A stretch of DNA of 18,289 bases from Candidatus Rokuibacteriota bacterium (GTDB lineage Bacteria; Methylomirabilota; Methylomirabilia; Rokubacteriales; DASRDR01), in the NCBI GenBank assembly GCA_044866005.1, contig JBIOTN010000178.1, positions 1 through 18,289 of the forward strand, read 5' to 3'. Positions within the stretch are counted from its first letter, which is position 1; the number at the start of each line of letters is the position of its first letter. Both the position numbers and the translations under genes were made by a program. Below are positions 15,900 to 18,289 of this stretch, in pieces. The notes beneath the pieces were generated by a model. That model did not search any database. It saw only the letters and a list, made by a program, of their open reading frames with translations, and was not told the origin of the DNA.

Positions 15900-15935
15900 C
15901 CTTCGGAGGGGGTCCTCGACGGCCCCCTCCGAAGG
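15900..15935. terminator. Long perfect hairpin between convergent genes (bidirectional terminator or REP-like repeat)
   Basis: CCTTCGGAGGGGG (15900-15912) pairs perfectly with CCCCCTCCGAAGG (15923-15935); 13 bp, extendable by 2; between stops at 15896 and 15939. Confidence 0.7.
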
Positions 15936-15938
15936 GAA

Positions 15939-16337
15939 TCAGGCGCGAACGTCCACGACGACCTCCCGCTCGCGCGGGCCGTCGCACTCGACGAGCGCGA
16001 TGCCCTGCCAGGTGCCGAGCAGCAGCCGGCCGTCGCGGACCGGGATCGACTCGGAGGGCCCGAGGAACGCGGCCTTGAGGTGGGCGGCGCCGTTGTCGTC
16101 CACGCGGTCGTGCTCCCACACGCCCTCGGGGTAGAGCTTGTCGAGCGCCGCGATGATGTCGGCACGGACGCCGGCGTCCGCGTTCTCGTTGATGACGATC
16201 GCCGCGGTGGCGTGGCGGACGAACACCGTGCAGAGCCCCTCGGTCACGCGCGCCCGCTTCACGGCGTCCGCCACGCGCGGCGTGAGGTCCACCACCTCGT
16301 ATTTCTGGCGGGTGCGCAGCCGGATCGTGTCCTGCAT
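15939..16337 (-). CDS. yjbQ: YjbQ/UPF0047 family (secondary thiamine-phosphate synthase), 132 aa
   Basis: VVDLT, FVRHATAAIVINENAD, WEHDRVDDNGAAHLKA, LLLGTWQGIALVECDGPR; ATG at 16337. Confidence 0.92.
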   Translation of the reverse strand: MQDTIRLRTRQKYEVVDLTPRVADAVKRARVTEGLCTVFVRHATAAIVINENADAGVRADIIAALDKLYPEGVWEHDRVDDNGAAHLKAAFLGPSESIPVRDGRLLLGTWQGIALVECDGPREREVVVDVRA

Positions 16338-16363
16338 CGTCCCCGACCGCGGGGGCCGGTGCC

Positions 16364-17116
16364 TCACCCTTTCTGGATCGCGGCCAGGAAGTCGCGCGCT
16401 CCGGCATCGAGCACGGCTGCCAGGCCCGCGTAGACGAACAGCGCACCCCGCTCGACGTGACGCCGCACGGTCGCCGGCGTCGCGAGCACGCCGGGGGCGC
16501 GGCCGGCCGCGTGGATGCGCGCCACGGCGTCGTCGATGGCCGCGACGACGTCGGGGTGGTCCATGCGGCCCGGATACCCCATGGACTGCGCGAGGTCGCC
16601 GGGAGCGACGAAGAAGACGTCGACGTGGTCCACCTTCAGGATCTCGTCGAGATTGGCGAGGGCCTCGGTCTCCTCCAGCATGACCACGACCATCGTCTCG
16701 TCGTTGGCCCGTCGCGTGTAGTCGGCCATCTTCTCGCCGAAGGCGGCCCGGCCGCCGGCGAACCCGCGATGCCCGATCGGCGCGAACTTGGCGTGGCGGA
16801 CGGCCGCCTCCGCCTCCGCCCGCGTGTTGACGTGCGGCACCTGGACGCCGCCCGCCCCGCGGTCGAGCGCGCGCGTGATGGTGGACGCGTCGTTGGCCTG
16901 GACGCGGACGATCGGGGTGACGTCGCAGAGCTCGGCCGCCCGCACCATGTTCTCCACCTCGTCCCAGCCGGCCGGGCCGTGCTCGCAGTCGATGAAGATG
17001 ACGTCGAAGCCGAGTCGCGCGAGCAGCTCGACCAGACCGGCCGAGGTGTAGGTGGGGTTGATCACGCTGACGGGCTTCCGTGCGGCAAGCTTCGCCTTCG
17101 CCGTATTGTGTCGCAC
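16364..17116 (-). CDS. HpcH/HpaI (GarL-like) aldolase family protein
   Basis: GFDVIFIDCEHG, PIVRV, ALDRGAGGVQVPHV, P.GHRG, MLEE, VDVFFVAPGDLAQSMG; GAGGAG RBS, GTG start. Confidence 0.93.
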   Translation of the reverse strand: MRHNTAKAKLAARKPVSVINPTYTSAGLVELLARLGFDVIFIDCEHGPAGWDEVENMVRAAELCDVTPIVRVQANDASTITRALDRGAGGVQVPHVNTRAEAEAAVRHAKFAPIGHRGFAGGRAAFGEKMADYTRRANDETMVVVMLEETEALANLDEILKVDHVDVFFVAPGDLAQSMGYPGRMDHPDVVAAIDDAVARIHAAGRAPGVLATPATVRRHVERGALFVYAGLAAVLDAGARDFLAAIQKG

Positions 17117-17161
17117 GCCGCTCGCTCCTCGGGTCAGGGTGGAGGCGGTCGGGGTGAAGGG

Positions 17162-17190
17162 ATGATAGACGAGGCCTCGTCCCCGGGCAA
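17162..17190 (-). promoter_or_regulatory. Sigma70 promoter of the hpcH-like/yjbQ pair
   Basis: Minus strand TTGCCC (17190-17185) - 17 nt - TATCAT (17167-17162). Confidence 0.55.
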
Positions 17191-17284
17191 GGCGGCCTCG
17201 GGCGGGCGGCCCGGACCGCCGGCGACGCGCGTGGGACCCTCAGGGAAGATGACGATGCCGAGGGGCCGGCGGCCATCGCCTCTC

Positions 17285-17300
17285 TGGCCGCAGGTTTGCA
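17285..17300 (+). promoter_or_regulatory. Putative sigma54 (-24/-12) promoter
   Basis: TGGCCG-CAGGT-TTGCA closely matches TGGCAC-N5-TTGCW; about 90 nt upstream of ATG 17389. Confidence 0.65.
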
Positions 17301-17388
17301 GTTCTCCGGGGGCCCGAAGGGGATCCCGGCGTCGCCCGTCAGAAGAGATGACGGCGCGCCGGCGCCGGGACGAGAGGAGGACATTCAA

Positions 17389-18273
17389 ATGGCACGCATC
17401 GTCGGCTTACCGACATTGATGGTCGCCGCCGCGTGCGCAGGGCTCCTGACGGGGGGGTTCGCAGCCTCGCCCGTCGCGGCGGACAACACCCCCGCCGTCC
17501 AGAGCGGCGGCTTCACGCTAGACGCGAAGGTCGATCCCGGCCACGTCAGGCCCGGACACCAGGTCGTGGTCCGCGCGATGGTGAAGGCCGACCAGGCCGT
17601 CGACAACCGGCACGTGGACGTCGAGGTGCTCGACGCGAACAACCGGAAGGTCGCGCAGAAGATCTTCAGCGGGCAGAGCTTCAAGCCCGGTGAGACGCGC
17701 CGGTACGAGTGGAAGTGGCGGGCGCCCGAGGACCTCGCGGCGGGCGAGTACACGGTCAAGGTCGGCGTCTTCACCCAGGACTGGAAGCAGATCGCGGCCT
17801 GGGACAACGCCGCGGCGAAGCTCAGGGTGGGCGAGGAGCGCAAGGCCGACGCCAACGGTGAGCCCCGCCGAGGCCCGCGGGCCAAGGGCGAGGCGCGGCG
17901 CGCCCGCGGGCAGGACAACACGCCCGCCGTCACCGACGGCAATTACACCCTCGACGCGCGCACCCGGCCCCGCGGGCTCAAGCCCGGCGAGGAGATCACG
18001 ATCGACGCGATGGTGACCGCCAACGCGCCGGAGCAGAAGCGGCGCGTGGACATCGAGATCCTCGACGCCAACAACAAGAAGATCGCGCAGAAGATCTACA
18101 ACGACCAGGACTTCTCCGGCGGGGAAACCAAGCGGTACACCTGGAAGTGGGAGGCGCCACGCGACCTCGCGGCGGGTGAGTACACCGTGAAGGTGGGCGT
18201 CTTCAGCGAGGACTGGAAGAAGCTCGCCGCCTGGGACAACCGCGCGGCGGACTTCCGCATCAGCCAGCGCTAA
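17389..18273 (+). CDS. Secreted protein with two tandem 116-aa beta-rich (Ig-like/carbohydrate-binding-like) domains, 294 aa
   Basis: AGGAGG at 17375-17380, ATG 17389, signal peptide ending PVAA; two gap-free repeats joined by a basic linker. Confidence 0.85.
   Translation: MARIVGLPTLMVAAACAGLLTGGFAASPVAADNTPAVQSGGFTLDAKVDPGHVRPGHQVVVRAMVKADQAVDNRHVDVEVLDANNRKVAQKIFSGQSFKPGETRRYEWKWRAPEDLAAGEYTVKVGVFTQDWKQIAAWDNAAAKLRVGEERKADANGEPRRGPRAKGEARRARGQDNTPAVTDGNYTLDARTRPRGLKPGEEITIDAMVTANAPEQKRRVDIEILDANNKKIAQKIYNDQDFSGGETKRYTWKWEAPRDLAAGEYTVKVGVFSEDWKKLAAWDNRAADFRISQR
17482..18261 (+). repeat. Intragenic tandem domain duplication (17482-17829 and 17914-18261)
   Basis: Manual alignment gives 69/116 identical aa (~59%), including DNTPAV, LDANN.K.AQKI and DLAAGEYTVKVGVF..DWK..AAWDN.AA. 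Confidence 0.9.
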
Positions 18274-18289
18274 TTCTTCGGGGGGGGGG

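Noticed and set aside
1..18289. CRISPR array, tRNA/rRNA (including tRNA-Sec), IS element or prophage
   Set aside because: No regularly spaced direct repeats, cloverleaf or rRNA-like segments, transposase, integrase or phage genes were seen.

Overview
An 18.3 kb high-GC bacterial chromosomal window, dense in transport and metabolic genes, with no rRNA, tRNA, CRISPR array or transposase. In order: the 3' end of a CDS; an Fe3+/polyamine-type ABC substrate-binding protein (+); a NarL/LuxR response regulator and soluble PAS-HisKA_3 kinase (-); a four-gene NitT/TauT-type ABC operon (-); a five-gene dipeptide/nickel-type ABC operon plus an SDR (+); a class II aldolase/adducin (-); an orphan gvpA-like gene; a DUF4238-like gene; yjbQ and an HpcH/HpaI aldolase (-); and a secreted protein with two tandem 116-aa domains (+). 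The key observation is that the ORF track truncates the substrate-binding gene of the NitT/TauT operon. Read from a strong RBS and ATG at 6838, it encodes a signal peptide, then GLPVT-TGA-NLTLPVAC with an in-frame UGA (6686-6688). A bacterial SECIS-like hairpin follows immediately, so this is a probable selenoprotein. It lies in an apparent operon with a SCO-PCuAC double copper-chaperone fusion, a permease and an ATPase, suggesting a selenocysteine-dependent copper/soft-metal import system. Two sigma54-type promoters precede the orphan gvpA and the secreted tandem-domain gene. Family assignments come from motif recognition, not database searches.
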